A DNA stretch of 64,000 nt, from assembly GCA_965261975.1 (NCBI GenBank), contig CBDHEC010000056.1:105572-169571 (forward strand). The letters are read 5' to 3'. This DNA is from Alphaproteobacteria bacterium (GTDB lineage Bacteria; Pseudomonadota; Alphaproteobacteria; UBA6615). The notes below the pieces were generated by a model, which saw only the letters and a list, made by a program, of their open reading frames with translations, was not told where the DNA came from and made no database searches. Shown one piece after another: positions 39,291-50,962 of the stretch (positions are counted from its first letter, which is position 1; each line of letters opens with the position of its first letter). The position numbers and the translations under genes were made by a program.

Positions 39291-40289
39291 CTACTCGTCC
39301 GTCTCGAGACGGGTGGCCGTGTACATCGACACCCGGTAGGGGCCCGAGAAGACCGGCTCATACTTCGGCGGGTTGTCGGCGTCGGTGCAGGTCGGGATGC
39401 AGGTAATCTCGGCGTCGTAATTGGGGTGATGGAAGAACACCACCGACAGCCGGTCGCTGTTGTCGCCCGCATCCTCGGGCGGGATCGCCACGCGGTGGGG
39501 GTTGGAGACGAACCGGTCGTTGGTCCAGCGCATCATCAGGTCGCCGATATTGATCACGAAGGAATCCGCCGGCGTGGGCACGGCGATCCAGTCTCCCTCG
39601 CGCGTCTGCACCTCAAGCCCGCCGGGCCGGTCCTCGCTCAGCAGCAGGGTGAAGGTGCCGTAGTCGGTGTGGGTGCCCGCGCGCAGCTGGCCGGGCAGGG
39701 CCGCGCCGGCCAGCGGTGGGTAGCGGATGATGCGCAGCGCCCCGATCTGGCGGTCGGTGTATTTGCGGAAGAACTCATCGGGCAGATCGAGGGCGCGGGC
39801 GAAGATTTCCTCGATCGTCTGGCCGAGAATTTCCAGCCGCCGGTAATAGGCGCTGGCCGCCGCGCGGAAGTCCGCAGGTTGGTCGGGATAGACATTCTCG
39901 ATGAAATGCGCGGCCGCGGCCTCGCGCTTGAAGTAGTCCTCGTCGGGGAAATCCGGCGGCCCCATGTGGAAGACTTCCTTCAGGTCCGGCGGGGTTTCCT
40001 CCCCCGACCCGTAGGCCAGTCCCTCGTCGCCGATGGCGCGGTAACCGCGAGGAAGGGACGGGTCGGCATGATGGACCGTCGCCTTCTCGCCGGCCGGGCG
40101 CGCGAAGAAGGCCTTCGCGTTGTTTCGCAGGCTGTCGATGATCTCGGGCTCGACCCCGTGCCCGGTGATCGCGAAGAAGCCGATGCCTTCGCAGGCCTCG
40201 CGCACCGCATCGACCACGCGCGCCTGCGCCGCCGTGTCGCCTGAAATGTAGGGCGCGATATCGATGACGGGGACGCGCGTTTGAGCCAT
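39291..40289 (-). CDS. 2OG-Fe(II) oxygenase, isopenicillin N synthase family
   Basis: VPVIDI, GFF..TGHGV, HTDYG..TLL, N.GD...RWTN, HRV, RLS. Confidence 0.9.
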   Translation of the reverse strand: MAQTRVPVIDIAPYISGDTAAQARVVDAVREACEGIGFFAITGHGVEPEIIDSLRNNAKAFFARPAGEKATVHHADPSLPRGYRAIGDEGLAYGSGEETPPDLKEVFHMGPPDFPDEDYFKREAAAAHFIENVYPDQPADFRAAASAYYRRLEILGQTIEEIFARALDLPDEFFRKYTDRQIGALRIIRYPPLAGAALPGQLRAGTHTDYGTFTLLLSEDRPGGLEVQTREGDWIAVPTPADSFVINIGDLMMRWTNDRFVSNPHRVAIPPEDAGDNSDRLSVVFFHHPNYDAEITCIPTCTDADNPPKYEPVFSGPYRVSMYTATRLETDE

Positions 40290-40292
40290 GCC

Positions 40293-41075
40293 CTATCCCC
40301 GCGCCGATCTCGAATGCTGGCCGCCGTCGGCCATGATCACGGTGCCGGAGACCCAGGATGCGCGCGCGCTGGCGAGGTAGGCGGCGAGCCAACCCATTTC
40401 CTCGGGCAATCCGGGGCGCCCGCCGGGCAGCGATTTGTGGGTCTCGCGCCAGCGGGACTCGTCGCCGAATTCCATGTCGGCGTTGATCTTGGCCTGGCTG
40501 ACCAGCCGCTCAGTCTCGATCGGGCCGGGGTTGATGCCGACGACGCGTACGCCGTGATCGAGGCTTTCGGCCCCCAGTGCACGGGTGAGCTGCATCAGGG
40601 CGGCATTGCCCATGGAGCCCGCGATATAGCCCGCGCGCGGGCGCTCGCCGGCCATGCCGATGACGTTGACGATGGCGCCTGCGCCGCGCTCGCACATGCG
40701 CGGATAAATCTCGCGGATCAGGCCGACGAAGCCGAAGACCTTGAGGTCCCAGGCGTCCTTGATGGTGTTGTCGTCGAGCCGGGCGAGGTCGCCGGCGGGG
40801 ATCGCGCCGGCATTGTTGACCAGGATGTCGCTGTCACCGGCGGCTTCGGCAATTGCCTTGACCGCTTCGGGCTTCGACAGATCGAGCGCGTGGACGGTCA
40901 CCTGGGCGCCGAAACGCTCGTTCAGGTCGTCACGCAGGGTGTTGAGGTCTGCCTCGGTGCGCGAGACAAGGTGCAGCGAGCAGCCTTCCTCGGCCAGCAC
41001 CTCGGCGACGGCCTTGCCGATGCCCTTGCTGGCACCGGTCACGATTGCGGTTTTGCCGTTGAGTTCCAGGTCCAT
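40293..41075 (-). CDS. Short-chain dehydrogenase/reductase
   Basis: TGASKGIG, LVNNAG, NPG..ET.R. Confidence 0.88.
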   Translation of the reverse strand: MDLELNGKTAIVTGASKGIGKAVAEVLAEEGCSLHLVSRTEADLNTLRDDLNERFGAQVTVHALDLSKPEAVKAIAEAAGDSDILVNNAGAIPAGDLARLDDNTIKDAWDLKVFGFVGLIREIYPRMCERGAGAIVNVIGMAGERPRAGYIAGSMGNAALMQLTRALGAESLDHGVRVVGINPGPIETERLVSQAKINADMEFGDESRWRETHKSLPGGRPGLPEEMGWLAAYLASARASWVSGTVIMADGGQHSRSARG

Positions 41076-41186
41076 GGTTTTCCCCGAATTGCTTTGCTGT
41101 TGTTTTCGTTCTTCGTTGCCAACGAGGCTAGTGGGGATGCGATATCGAGGCAACGCTGTTGGGGTCGCGTTTGGGCGCCGAACCCC

Positions 41187-41215
41187 TTGCCAGCGGTGCC
41201 TTGCGCGGCTATAAC
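41187..41215 (+). promoter_or_regulatory. Sigma70-like promoter for rpmI-rplT
   Basis: TTGCCA-N17-TATAAC. Confidence 0.6.
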
Positions 41216-41314
41216 CCCGCGCATTCCGAATAGCGACGGTGCGGCAGGGCGAAATCTAACGCCCGGGGCAGCCCAGCCGTCGAGCGAAACACGCGAAATT
41301 AAAGCGAGGACAAA

Positions 41315-41521
41315 ATGCCCAAGATGAAGACCAAAGCGTCGGTCAAGAAGCGATTCCGCGTCTCGGCCTCCGGCAAAATCCGAATGAAGCCTTCGGGCAT
41401 GCGTCACGGCATGCGCAAGCGCTCCCAGTCCATGAAGCGCAAAGCGCGCAAGATCGGCAACATCGCCAAGTCGGACGAGAAGATTCTCCGGCCGATGATG
41501 CCCTATGCGAAGAGGGGCTAA
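41315..41521 (+). CDS. rpmI: 50S ribosomal protein L35
   Basis: MPKMKTK..VKKRF...SGK, RH. Confidence 0.96.
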   Translation: MPKMKTKASVKKRFRVSASGKIRMKPSGMRHGMRKRSQSMKRKARKIGNIAKSDEKILRPMMPYAKRG

Positions 41522-41524
41522 CCG

Positions 41525-41890
41525 ATGTCACGCGCAAAAAGCACCGTGCAGCGCAACGCACGCCGCAAGAAGGTTCTCAAGGCCGCCAAGGGCTACCGGG
41601 GCCGCAATTCCAAGGTCTACCGCGTCGCGAAAGAGCGGGTCGAGAAGGGCCTGCAATACGCCTATCGCGATCGCAAGGTCCGCAAGCGCAACTTCCGTTC
41701 GCTCTGGATTCAGCGCATTAACGCGGGTGCCCGCGAGCACGGCATGACCTATTCCCAGTTTATGTCCGGGATGAAGCAGGCCGGCATCGAGCTCGATCGC
41801 AAGGTCCTGTCGGACCTGGCCATCCGCGAGCCGGAAGCCTTCAAGAACCTGGTCGACCAGGCGCAGGCCGCCCTCAACGCATCCGCCTGA
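41525..41890 (+). CDS. rplT: 50S ribosomal protein L20
   Basis: [37 protein letters not shown]. Confidence 0.98.
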   Translation: MSRAKSTVQRNARRKKVLKAAKGYRGRNSKVYRVAKERVEKGLQYAYRDRKVRKRNFRSLWIQRINAGAREHGMTYSQFMSGMKQAGIELDRKVLSDLAIREPEAFKNLVDQAQAALNASA

Positions 41891-41936
41891 ACCGGTCCCT
41901 CAAGGGGGCACTCAGCCGGATCGAACGGGAAACGCC

Positions 41937-43025
41937 ATGACCGCGCTTGACGTCACTGAGTTGCAAGCATCCCTGCTGGCCGAAGTGGCCGCGGCGGACA
42001 GCCTCGACGCGCTCGAGGCCGTCCGGGTGTCGGCGCTTGGCAAGAAGGGCCGCATTACCGACCAGATGAAAGGCCTGGGCCAGCTCGACGGCGAGGCCCG
42101 CAAGGAGGCCGGTCAGGCCCTCAACCGGGTCAAGGACGCGGTCCAGGACGCGATCACCGCGCGCCAGGCCGACCTCGATGCCGCCGCACTCGAGGCGCGC
42201 CTCGCCCATGAGACGATCGATGTCACATTGCCGCCGCGCCCACGTTCGGGGGGGCATTTGCATCCGGTCAGCCAGGTGACGGAAGAATGCATCGCGATCT
42301 TCGGCGAGATGGGCTTCACCGTCGCCGAGGGGCCGGACATCGAGGATGATTTCCATAACTTCACGGCCCTGAACATCCCGCCCGAGCATCCGGCGCGCCA
42401 GATGCACGACACCTTCTATCTGGAAGGTGCGGACGGGGCCGCGCCACCGGTACTGCGGACCCACACCTCGCCGGTGCAGATCCGCACGATGGAAACCTCG
42501 AAACCGCCGATCCGGGTGATCGCGCCGGGGCGTACCTATCGCAGCGATTCCGATGCCACCCACACGCCCATGTTCCACCAGATCGAGGCGCTGGTCATCG
42601 ACGAGACGACCCATCTGGGCCATCTCAAGGGTTGCATCATCGATTTCTGCCGGGCCTTCTTCGATATTCCCGACCTGCCGGTGCGTTTCCGGCCGAGCCA
42701 TTTCCCCTTCACCGAACCATCCATGGAAGTCGATATCGGCTGCTCGCGCGAGGGCGGCGAGTTGCGGATCGGCAATTTCGGCGAGGGCGCGGACAATTGG
42801 CTCGAGATCATGGGGTCGGGCATGGTCCACCCCAAGGTGCTCGAATATGGCGGCATCGATTCCGCCAAGTATCAGGGTTTCGCCTTCGGCATGGGGATCG
42901 ACCGGATCGCGATGCTGAAATACGGCATCCCCGATCTGCGCACCTTCTTCGACGCCGACATCCGCTGGCTAAAGCATTACGGCTTTGTACCGCTCGCCGT
43001 GCCGTCGATGGTTCGCGGGCTGTAG
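41937..43025 (+). CDS. pheS: Phenylalanine--tRNA ligase alpha subunit
   Basis: [34 protein letters not shown]. Confidence 0.98.
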   Translation: MTALDVTELQASLLAEVAAADSLDALEAVRVSALGKKGRITDQMKGLGQLDGEARKEAGQALNRVKDAVQDAITARQADLDAAALEARLAHETIDVTLPPRPRSGGHLHPVSQVTEECIAIFGEMGFTVAEGPDIEDDFHNFTALNIPPEHPARQMHDTFYLEGADGAAPPVLRTHTSPVQIRTMETSKPPIRVIAPGRTYRSDSDATHTPMFHQIEALVIDETTHLGHLKGCIIDFCRAFFDIPDLPVRFRPSHFPFTEPSMEVDIGCSREGGELRIGNFGEGADNWLEIMGSGMVHPKVLEYGGIDSAKYQGFAFGMGIDRIAMLKYGIPDLRTFFDADIRWLKHYGFVPLAVPSMVRGL

Positions 43026-43034
43026 GGGGCGGCG

Positions 43035-45440
43035 ATGAAGTTCACCCTGTCATGGCTGAAAGACCATCTGGAGACCGACGCGTCGGTCGACGAGATCGTC
43101 GAGACGCTGATCCGCATCGGCCTCGAGGTCGACACGGTCGATGACCCGGGCGCCAAGCTGGCCGCCTTCACTGTCGCCCATGTCGTCGCCGCCGAACGCC
43201 ACCCGGACGCCGATCGCCTCCAGGTCTGCACCGTCGACACCGGCGAAGAGCAGGTCCAGGTCGTGTGCGGCGCGCCCAACGCGCGCGCCGGCATGAAGGG
43301 CGTGTTCGCACCGGCGGGCACCTATGTGCCGGGTATCGATGTCGAGCTGAAGAAGACCAAGATCCGCGGCGTCGAATCCAACGGCATGCTGGTGTCCGAG
43401 CGCGAGATGGGCCTGTCCGACGAACATGACGGGATTATCGAGCTGCCCGAAGATGCGCCCCTGGGCGAACCGTTCGCCGGCGTTCTCGGCCTCGACGATC
43501 CGGTGATCGACATCGAGCTGACCCCCAACCGCCCCGACTGCACCGGCGTACGCGGCATCGCCCGCGACCTGGCCGCCGCGGGGCTCGGTACCCTCAAGCC
43601 GTTTGATGCGGCCGCACCCGTCGCGGGCAGTTATGACAGCCCGGTCTCCTGGGCGATCGCCGACGACGGCAACGCATGTTCCTACGTGGTCGGGCGGCAT
43701 TTCCGTGGCGTCACCAACCGGCCGTCGCCCCAATGGGTGCAGGACCGGCTGCGCGCCATCGGCCTGCGGCCGATCTCGGCGCTGGTCGATGTCACCAACT
43801 ATGTGTCGATCGATCTGGGCCGGCCGCTGCATGTATTCGATGCGGGCAAGCTGAGCGGCAACACGCTCACCATGCGCCGGGCGCGCGACGGCGAGACCTT
43901 CATGTCGCTGGTCGAGCGGGAATACACGCTGGACAGCGAGATGACCGTGATCGGCGACGGCGACAAGGCCGAGGCGGCCGCCGGTGTCATGGGCGGGCTC
44001 GATTCAAGCTGCACCGAGGAGACCACCGACGTGTTCCTCGAGGTGGCGCTGTTTGACCCGATTTCAGTCGCGACCACCGGCCGCAAGCTGCAGATCGATT
44101 CCGATGCGCGCTACCGGTTCGAGCGCGGCGTGGATCCGGAATCCGCGAACTGGGGGGCGGATGTCGCCACCCGCTTGATCCTCGAATTCTGCGGCGGCGA
44201 GACCAGCGGGCATGTCACCGCCGGGGCGATGCCGGACTGGAAACAGGATATCGAACTACGCACCGACCGGGTCGCGACCCTGGGGGGCGTGGACATTCCG
44301 CCCGCGCGCCAGGCCGAGATTCTCGATGGGCTGGGTTTTGAAACGGAGACCAGCGGCGATGTCATTACCGCCGGCGTGCCGCCCTGGCGGCCGGACGTGC
44401 ATGGCGAGCCGGACCTGGTCGAGGAAATCACCCGCATTCACGGTTTCGATGAGATCGCACCGGTCTCGCTCGATCGCGACACGGCGCTGCCATCCGCCGC
44501 GATCACGCCGGCACAGCTGCGCACCAGCCGGGTGCGCCGGGCGCTCGCCGCCCAGGGCCTCGACGAGGCGGTGACCTGGTCCTTCATGGGCCGCGCCCAT
44601 GCCGAGCTTTTCGCAGACGACGCCGACATGATGGACGGCCTGATGCTGGCCAACCCGATCTCCAGCGAGCTCGATGCGATGCGGCCCTCGATCCTCGGCA
44701 ATCTGTTGCTCGCCGCCGGCCGCAACGCCGACCGTGGCTTCGCCGATCTCGGCCTGTTCGAGCTCGGGCCTGCCTATCGCGACGCCAGCCCCGACGGCCA
44801 GCTTCTGGTCGCCGCCGGCGTGCGCCATGGCAATGCCCACCCGGCCCACTGGTCGGGACAGGCGCGCGGCGCCGATGCGCTGGACGCCAAGGCCGATGCG
44901 CTGGCCGGGCTCGATGCCGCCGGCGCGCCGACCGCCAATCTTCAGGTCAGCCGCGACGCGCCTTCCTGGTATCACCCGGGCCGTTCGGGCGGGTTGCGCC
45001 TGGGCAAGAATGTGCTGGCATGGTTCGGCGAGATTCACCCCGGCGTGCTCCGCAAGCTCGACGTGCGCGGCCCCGCGATCGGATTCGAGCTGTTCCTCGA
45101 CGCGCTGCCCGAGCGCAAGGACAAGAGCGCGGCCCGTCCGCCGCTGCATCTTTCGGCGCTGCAACCGGTCCGCCGCGACTTCGCCTTCATGGTCTATACG
45201 GACGTCGAGGCCGGCAATGTTATCCGCGCCGCGCGCGGTGCCGAACGCGACCTGATTTCCGGCGTTGAACTGTTCGACATCTATGACGGCAAGAATATCG
45301 AAGACGGCAAGAAGTCGCTCGCCATTCAGGTCACCCTGCAGCCCGTCGACGCGACCCTGACCGATGACGAGATCGACAAGATCGCGGCGAAGATCGTCGC
45401 GGCTGTCGAGAAGGCGACCGGCGGAAGTTTGCGGGGGTAA
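43035..45440 (+). CDS. pheT: Phenylalanine--tRNA ligase beta subunit
   Basis: MKFTLSWL, VVCGAPN, TPNRPD, RFERGVD, RDFAF. Confidence 0.98.
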   Translation: MKFTLSWLKDHLETDASVDEIVETLIRIGLEVDTVDDPGAKLAAFTVAHVVAAERHPDADRLQVCTVDTGEEQVQVVCGAPNARAGMKGVFAPAGTYVPGIDVELKKTKIRGVESNGMLVSEREMGLSDEHDGIIELPEDAPLGEPFAGVLGLDDPVIDIELTPNRPDCTGVRGIARDLAAAGLGTLKPFDAAAPVAGSYDSPVSWAIADDGNACSYVVGRHFRGVTNRPSPQWVQDRLRAIGLRPISALVDVTNYVSIDLGRPLHVFDAGKLSGNTLTMRRARDGETFMSLVEREYTLDSEMTVIGDGDKAEAAAGVMGGLDSSCTEETTDVFLEVALFDPISVATTGRKLQIDSDARYRFERGVDPESANWGADVATRLILEFCGGETSGHVTAGAMPDWKQDIELRTDRVATLGGVDIPPARQAEILDGLGFETETSGDVITAGVPPWRPDVHGEPDLVEEITRIHGFDEIAPVSLDRDTALPSAAITPAQLRTSRVRRALAAQGLDEAVTWSFMGRAHAELFADDADMMDGLMLANPISSELDAMRPSILGNLLLAAGRNADRGFADLGLFELGPAYRDASPDGQLLVAAGVRHGNAHPAHWSGQARGADALDAKADALAGLDAAGAPTANLQVSRDAPSWYHPGRSGGLRLGKNVLAWFGEIHPGVLRKLDVRGPAIGFELFLDALPERKDKSAARPPLHLSALQPVRRDFAFMVYTDVEAGNVIRAARGAERDLISGVELFDIYDGKNIEDGKKSLAIQVTLQPVDATLTDDEIDKIAAKIVAAVEKATGGSLRG

Positions 45441-45489
45441 ATCGGTTGTTTTGGCGGTCTCCGTCGGGTCGTTTCATGAGGCGGACGAG

Positions 45490-46179
45490 ATGATTTCAGA
45501 TTCCGACGCGCGCCTTCCCACCAGATTGCTGGCCCTGACCTTTGCCGCGCTGCTGCTGAGCGCCTGTGCGGAACTGTCGTTCGAGGTTCTTTCGGACAAG
45601 CCCGCCGCGAAAAACGGCACCGAGGCTGCGACGCCCCGGCCTTCGCCGCGGGCAGATTTTGGTGTCTCGATCGAGGAACTTAACGAATATGCGGCCGGGC
45701 GCGATGTTTCATGGGAAGTCAGCTGGGCCGGCGGCGCGCGCGCGGAGTATGTTGCTGTCAGCCCGATCGGCGGGAGCGCGCGGAACGCGTTGACCGTCGC
45801 CGTGTCGGCCCGCGACGGGCAGGTGGCCAAGATCACCGGGCGGATCGGGCGGCGCTGGATCGACGAGCGCCAGTACAACCGGTTCTATGGCGAGCTCTCG
45901 AGCTTCTTCGATCATGCGCTTGCCGGCCGTACCCGCGACTTCGCGCTGGACAGATGGGTCGAGAACATCCATCTATCCAATCGGTTGGCACCGCGCGGCG
46001 CTTGGTCGTTCGTGACCGAGCGCGAAGAGGACGTCGTTGTGTCTTACGTGTTGACCGACGGCGACCTGGCGTTCGTGGCGACGGCCGATCCGAACTGCGC
46101 CGCAGAGGTAGAGAAAGGACCCGAGGTGTGGCGCTTTGGGCCGCCCGAGGGGATTTGTGGCGGTGTGTTTCCGCGTTAG
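45490..46179 (+). CDS. Hypothetical lipoprotein
   Basis: Hydrophobic signal ending in lipobox LSAC; no family recognised. Confidence 0.55.
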   Translation: MISDSDARLPTRLLALTFAALLLSACAELSFEVLSDKPAAKNGTEAATPRPSPRADFGVSIEELNEYAAGRDVSWEVSWAGGARAEYVAVSPIGGSARNALTVAVSARDGQVAKITGRIGRRWIDERQYNRFYGELSSFFDHALAGRTRDFALDRWVENIHLSNRLAPRGAWSFVTEREEDVVVSYVLTDGDLAFVATADPNCAAEVEKGPEVWRFGPPEGICGGVFPR

Positions 46180-46203
46180 TTATCCACAAAGAGTTGTGGA
46201 CAA
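46180..46203. promoter_or_regulatory. Inverted pair of DnaA-box-like sequences
   Basis: Perfect TTATCCACA (46180-46188) and inverted TGTGGACAA (46195-46203, one mismatch) in an AT-rich gap. Confidence 0.55.
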
Positions 46204-46326
46204 AATAGTGTGTGTAATCCCGCAAAACAGGGGTATTTGGGACTTATCCCCGTTTTTGATGGTATGTGAGTAACCGACCGTAGCAACCTGATTTCATGTT
46301 TCGTTCTCTTAATAGCCTGAGCCGTA

Positions 46327-48129
<1,803 letters not shown>

Positions 48130-48144
48130 GCGGCGGGCCCGCTT

Positions 48145-48465
48145 CTAGGTAAACATCCCGGTCTTGCGCCGCCGTGCGCGGAACAGCCAGCTCAGCAACA
48201 CCCCCGGCACACCGAACACGAACAGGGCGGGCCAGGTCAGCAATGTCGAGATGACCGGGTGCCAGAGCCAGGGGCCGATCACGGGAACGTGCCGCGCGAT
48301 TGCGGGCTCGGCGACCTGCAGGCTGGTCTGGTGCAGGGAGAACCACAGTTCGCCCGCGGCGATCAGGCTCAGCGATCCGGCATCGATGGACGCGAGCACG
48401 TCCCGCGCCAGCACCGCCAGTGCCGCGATCAGAAATATCCAGCCTATTAATCGGCCTACTATCAT
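48145..48465 (-). CDS. Hypothetical membrane protein
   Basis: N- and C-terminal hydrophobic segments; GELW..LH..SL....AI.R...P.LW.P. Confidence 0.6.
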   Translation of the reverse strand: MIVGRLIGWIFLIAALAVLARDVLASIDAGSLSLIAAGELWFSLHQTSLQVAEPAIARHVPVIGPWLWHPVISTLLTWPALFVFGVPGVLLSWLFRARRRKTGMFT

Positions 48466-48624
48466 GGCCCGTCGGGCCCCGCGTTTCCGTTTTTCTTGTT
48501 TAGGCTCTTGAACAATACTAACCGCAGTCGGTGCGTCGTACACAAGCCTTAGTCCCGATCAATTTTATGAAACCGCTCCGTGGTTGCCAGCGTGGGTCCG
48601 GTCGGCTATCCAGTGTCCCAGCGC

Positions 48625-48714
48625 GGAGGGGTGGCCGAGTGGCTGAAGGCGCACGCTTGGAAAGCGTGTAAACGGGCGACCGTTTCGAGGGTTCGAATCC
48701 CTCTCCCTCCGCCA
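48625..48714 (+). tRNA. tRNA-Ser (GGA)
   Basis: GGAGGGG acceptor stem, anticodon arm CACGC-TTGGAAA-GCGTG, long variable arm, GGTTCGAATCC T-arm, 3' GCCA. Confidence 0.96.
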
Positions 48715-49077
48715 CTTAACCTCCCGCAAACACCCAACGACTTACTGTTCTTCAGAGGCACCGTAATTCGTCCGTCACTTCCGTGGGTTAGCGCGATAGC
48801 GCGTGATGCAACCACCGACAGAGACGAACTTGGTGCGCCAATTGGCATCGCAATGGCGCGAAAGTCTCTTAGCGTTGTATTGGTGGTACGACAAACGCTC
48901 GCGGCAGAGATGGTGAACCCTACGAGTCAAAGTCTTGGGTGTGCGGCAGTAAGCCGTTCGATACCCACGCTATTGTGACTGGTGATGTTCAGGCGGTACT
49001 TTGTCCGCGCGTGAAATTGCACCGGTGGAAGCAAGAACGAGTGCTGACTCTGAATCAGTTGGTTCTGTAATCGGTGA

Positions 49078-49593
49078 CTACGTAATTCCGAGCAACCTAC
49101 GCTGTTCTTCCCAATCCACCGGAAGCTGCGTTCCGTTGGCGAGCTGCTTTGCGGTCAATTCTAGTGGGTAACGGTCGTTTAGGAGCGTGGTGACGATATC
49201 AGGACTGAGAAAGCTGAGCCGTAAGATTCTGGTGAAGTAGGAGCTTCCGACGCCCACTTCGGCAGCAAGTTCAGACATGGACTTTCCGCCTCCCTGCAAC
49301 AGTAACTCACGATAATTGTGGGCCTGAGCGAGAACCCGATGGAGGCTATGATCGGGCTTGCGCCGAGCGCCGCTGTCTTCTTTCTGAATCAACAGCCGGG
49401 CTTCCATGCCAGCGCGTTTGAAGCAGGTTGGCACAGACAGCACGATGCAGTCCCCATCGTCGGCGTCTGATGATGAGCGTTCCTCGGGATTGCTACCAAC
49501 CAGATCGATAGCGTTTATCCGATCGGGATGAATATGGATATTGATAGCCTCGCTTAGAACTTCTATGCGCTCGACAATTGTCAGGAGGATCCC
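49078..49593 (-). pseudogene. C-terminal fragment of a site-specific (serine) recombinase-associated protein, truncated by IS
   Basis: KR.G.E.RL, PD.SL...LA.AH, ELAAE.G...SY..R.LRL.FLSPDI, LP.DW.EQR..LG, a tail typical of alphaproteobacterial integrative-element recombinases; lower GC; 5' end replaced by IS. Confidence 0.65.
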
Positions 49594-49669
49594 GTGACCT
49601 GCTCCCCTGAATTCGGTCCAGGGAAATTGAGAGAGTCCGGCTAACCTGAACCTCGAGGAGGAGGAGACG

Positions 49670-49948
49670 ATGAGCCGGAAGCGATACACCCCAGAACAGA
49701 TTATCGGGATGCTGCGGGAGGCCGAGGTGCGCCTGTCGCAGGGCGAGACGGTCGGCGTGATCTGCCGAGGTCTGAGTATCTCGGAGCAGAGTTATTACCG
49801 CTGGCGTCGCGAGTATGGCGGATTGCGAGTGGACCAGGCGAAGCGTCTGAAGGAACTGGAGAAGGAGAACGCGCGGCTTCGGCGGGCGGTCTCTGATCTG
49901 ACGCTGGACAAGCTGATCCTGAAAGAGGTTGCGGAGGGAAACTTCTAA
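49670..49948 (+). CDS. IS3-family transposase OrfA (HTH)
   Basis: [32 protein letters not shown]; ends in the G GGA AAC slippery heptamer (49936-49942). Confidence 0.92.
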   Translation: MSRKRYTPEQIIGMLREAEVRLSQGETVGVICRGLSISEQSYYRWRREYGGLRVDQAKRLKELEKENARLRRAVSDLTLDKLILKEVAEGNF

Positions 49949-50820
49949 GCCCCGCACGCCGTCGTGCCGCGGTCGATCACGTGCAGAGCCGGTTCGATGT
50001 ATCGGAACGCCGTGCCTGTCGTGTGATTGGCCAACACCGCTCGACGCAGCGCCGCACAGCGGTCCGTCGTGACGATGAAGACGCCCTGACGGCTGCGATT
50101 GTTGATCTGGCATCCAAATATGGCCGTTACGGCTATCGCCGGGTCGCGGCGCTGCTGCGTGCCCAGGGGTGGCACGTCAACGTCAAACGGGTGTGGCGTA
50201 TCTGGCGGCGTGAGGGGCTGAAGGTGCCCTCAAAACAGCCCAAACGCGGGCGGTTGTGGCTCAATGACGGGTCGTGTGTTCGGCTCAGGCCGAGCTGGCC
50301 GAACCATGTCTGGGCCTACGACTTCGTCCAGGATCGCACGCATGACGGCCGTGCTATCCGGATGCTGACGGTGATCGACGAGTACACCCGCCAGTGCCTG
50401 GCCATCGAGGTTGCCCGCCGCCTGCGTCACGACGATGTGCTGCAGGTGCTGGCCGAGCTGTTCACGCGGCATGGGCCGCCGGATCACATCCGCTCGGACA
50501 ACGGCAGTGAGTTCACTGCCATCGCCGTGCGCGATTGGCTGCCGAGGCTTGGCGTGAAGACGCTGTTCATCGAACCCGGGTCGCCCTGGGAGAACGGCTA
50601 CAACGAGAGCTTCAATGGCAAGCTGCGCGACGAGCTGCTCAACGGCGAGATCTTCTACACGCTACAGGAGGCGACGGTGCTCATCGAACGCTGGCGCCAG
50701 CACTACAACACCGTCAGGCCGCACAGTTCGCTCGGCTACAGGCCACCCGCGCCAGTCACGGTCTTGCCGCCAATGGCCAGATCGAACTACCCTCAAACCG
50801 TCCGGACCCTCTCACAGTGA
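49945..50820 (+). CDS. IS3-family transposase OrfB (DDE), expressed by -1 frameshift
   Basis: [49 protein letters not shown]. Confidence 0.9.
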   Translation, partial: LSPARRRAAVDHVQSRFDVSERRACRVIGQHRSTQRRTAVRRDDEDALTAAIVDLASKYGRYGYRRVAALLRAQGWHVNVKRVWRIWRREGLKVPSKQPKRGRLWLNDGSCVRLRPSWPNHVWAYDFVQDRTHDGRAIRMLTVIDEYTRQCLAIEVARRLRHDDVLQVLAELFTRHGPPDHIRSDNGSEFTAIAVRDWLPRLGVKTLFIEPGSPWENGYNESFNGKLRDELLNGEIFYTLQEATVLIERWRQHYNTVRPHSSLGYRPPAPVTVLPPMARSNYPQTVRTLSQ

Positions 50821-50962
50821 CTGGACCCATGATCAGGGGCAGGCCAGCATGATTTCCGCATCAGCGCTGAAGCTTATTTCGCCGCACAGGCATTTCCCGG
50901 AAAGCTTGGGCATATTCGGCTCCTGGATCGTTTCTGTTGTCGTGCGGTGATTCCCCGATGCC

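Larger units (their letters stand above)
49595..50846 (+). mobile_element. IS3-family insertion sequence (IS407-like), about 1.25 kb
   Basis: TG...CA ends; left IR TGACCTGCTCCCCTGA..GGTCCAG, right IR (reverse complement) TGGCCTGCCCCTGA..GGTCCAG; orfA/orfB organisation. Confidence 0.92.

Noticed and set aside
41891-41936. Possible pheM-type attenuator before pheS
   Set aside because: The gap is only 46 nt, with no Phe-rich leader peptide and no U-tract.
46292-46306. TTTC-N7-GTTC resembling an alphaproteobacterial LexA box upstream of lepA
   Set aside because: One half-site mismatches and the short motif is likely by chance in AT-rich DNA.
48518-48978. ORFs overlapping the tRNA-Ser
   Set aside because: Spurious translations of the tRNA and its flank.
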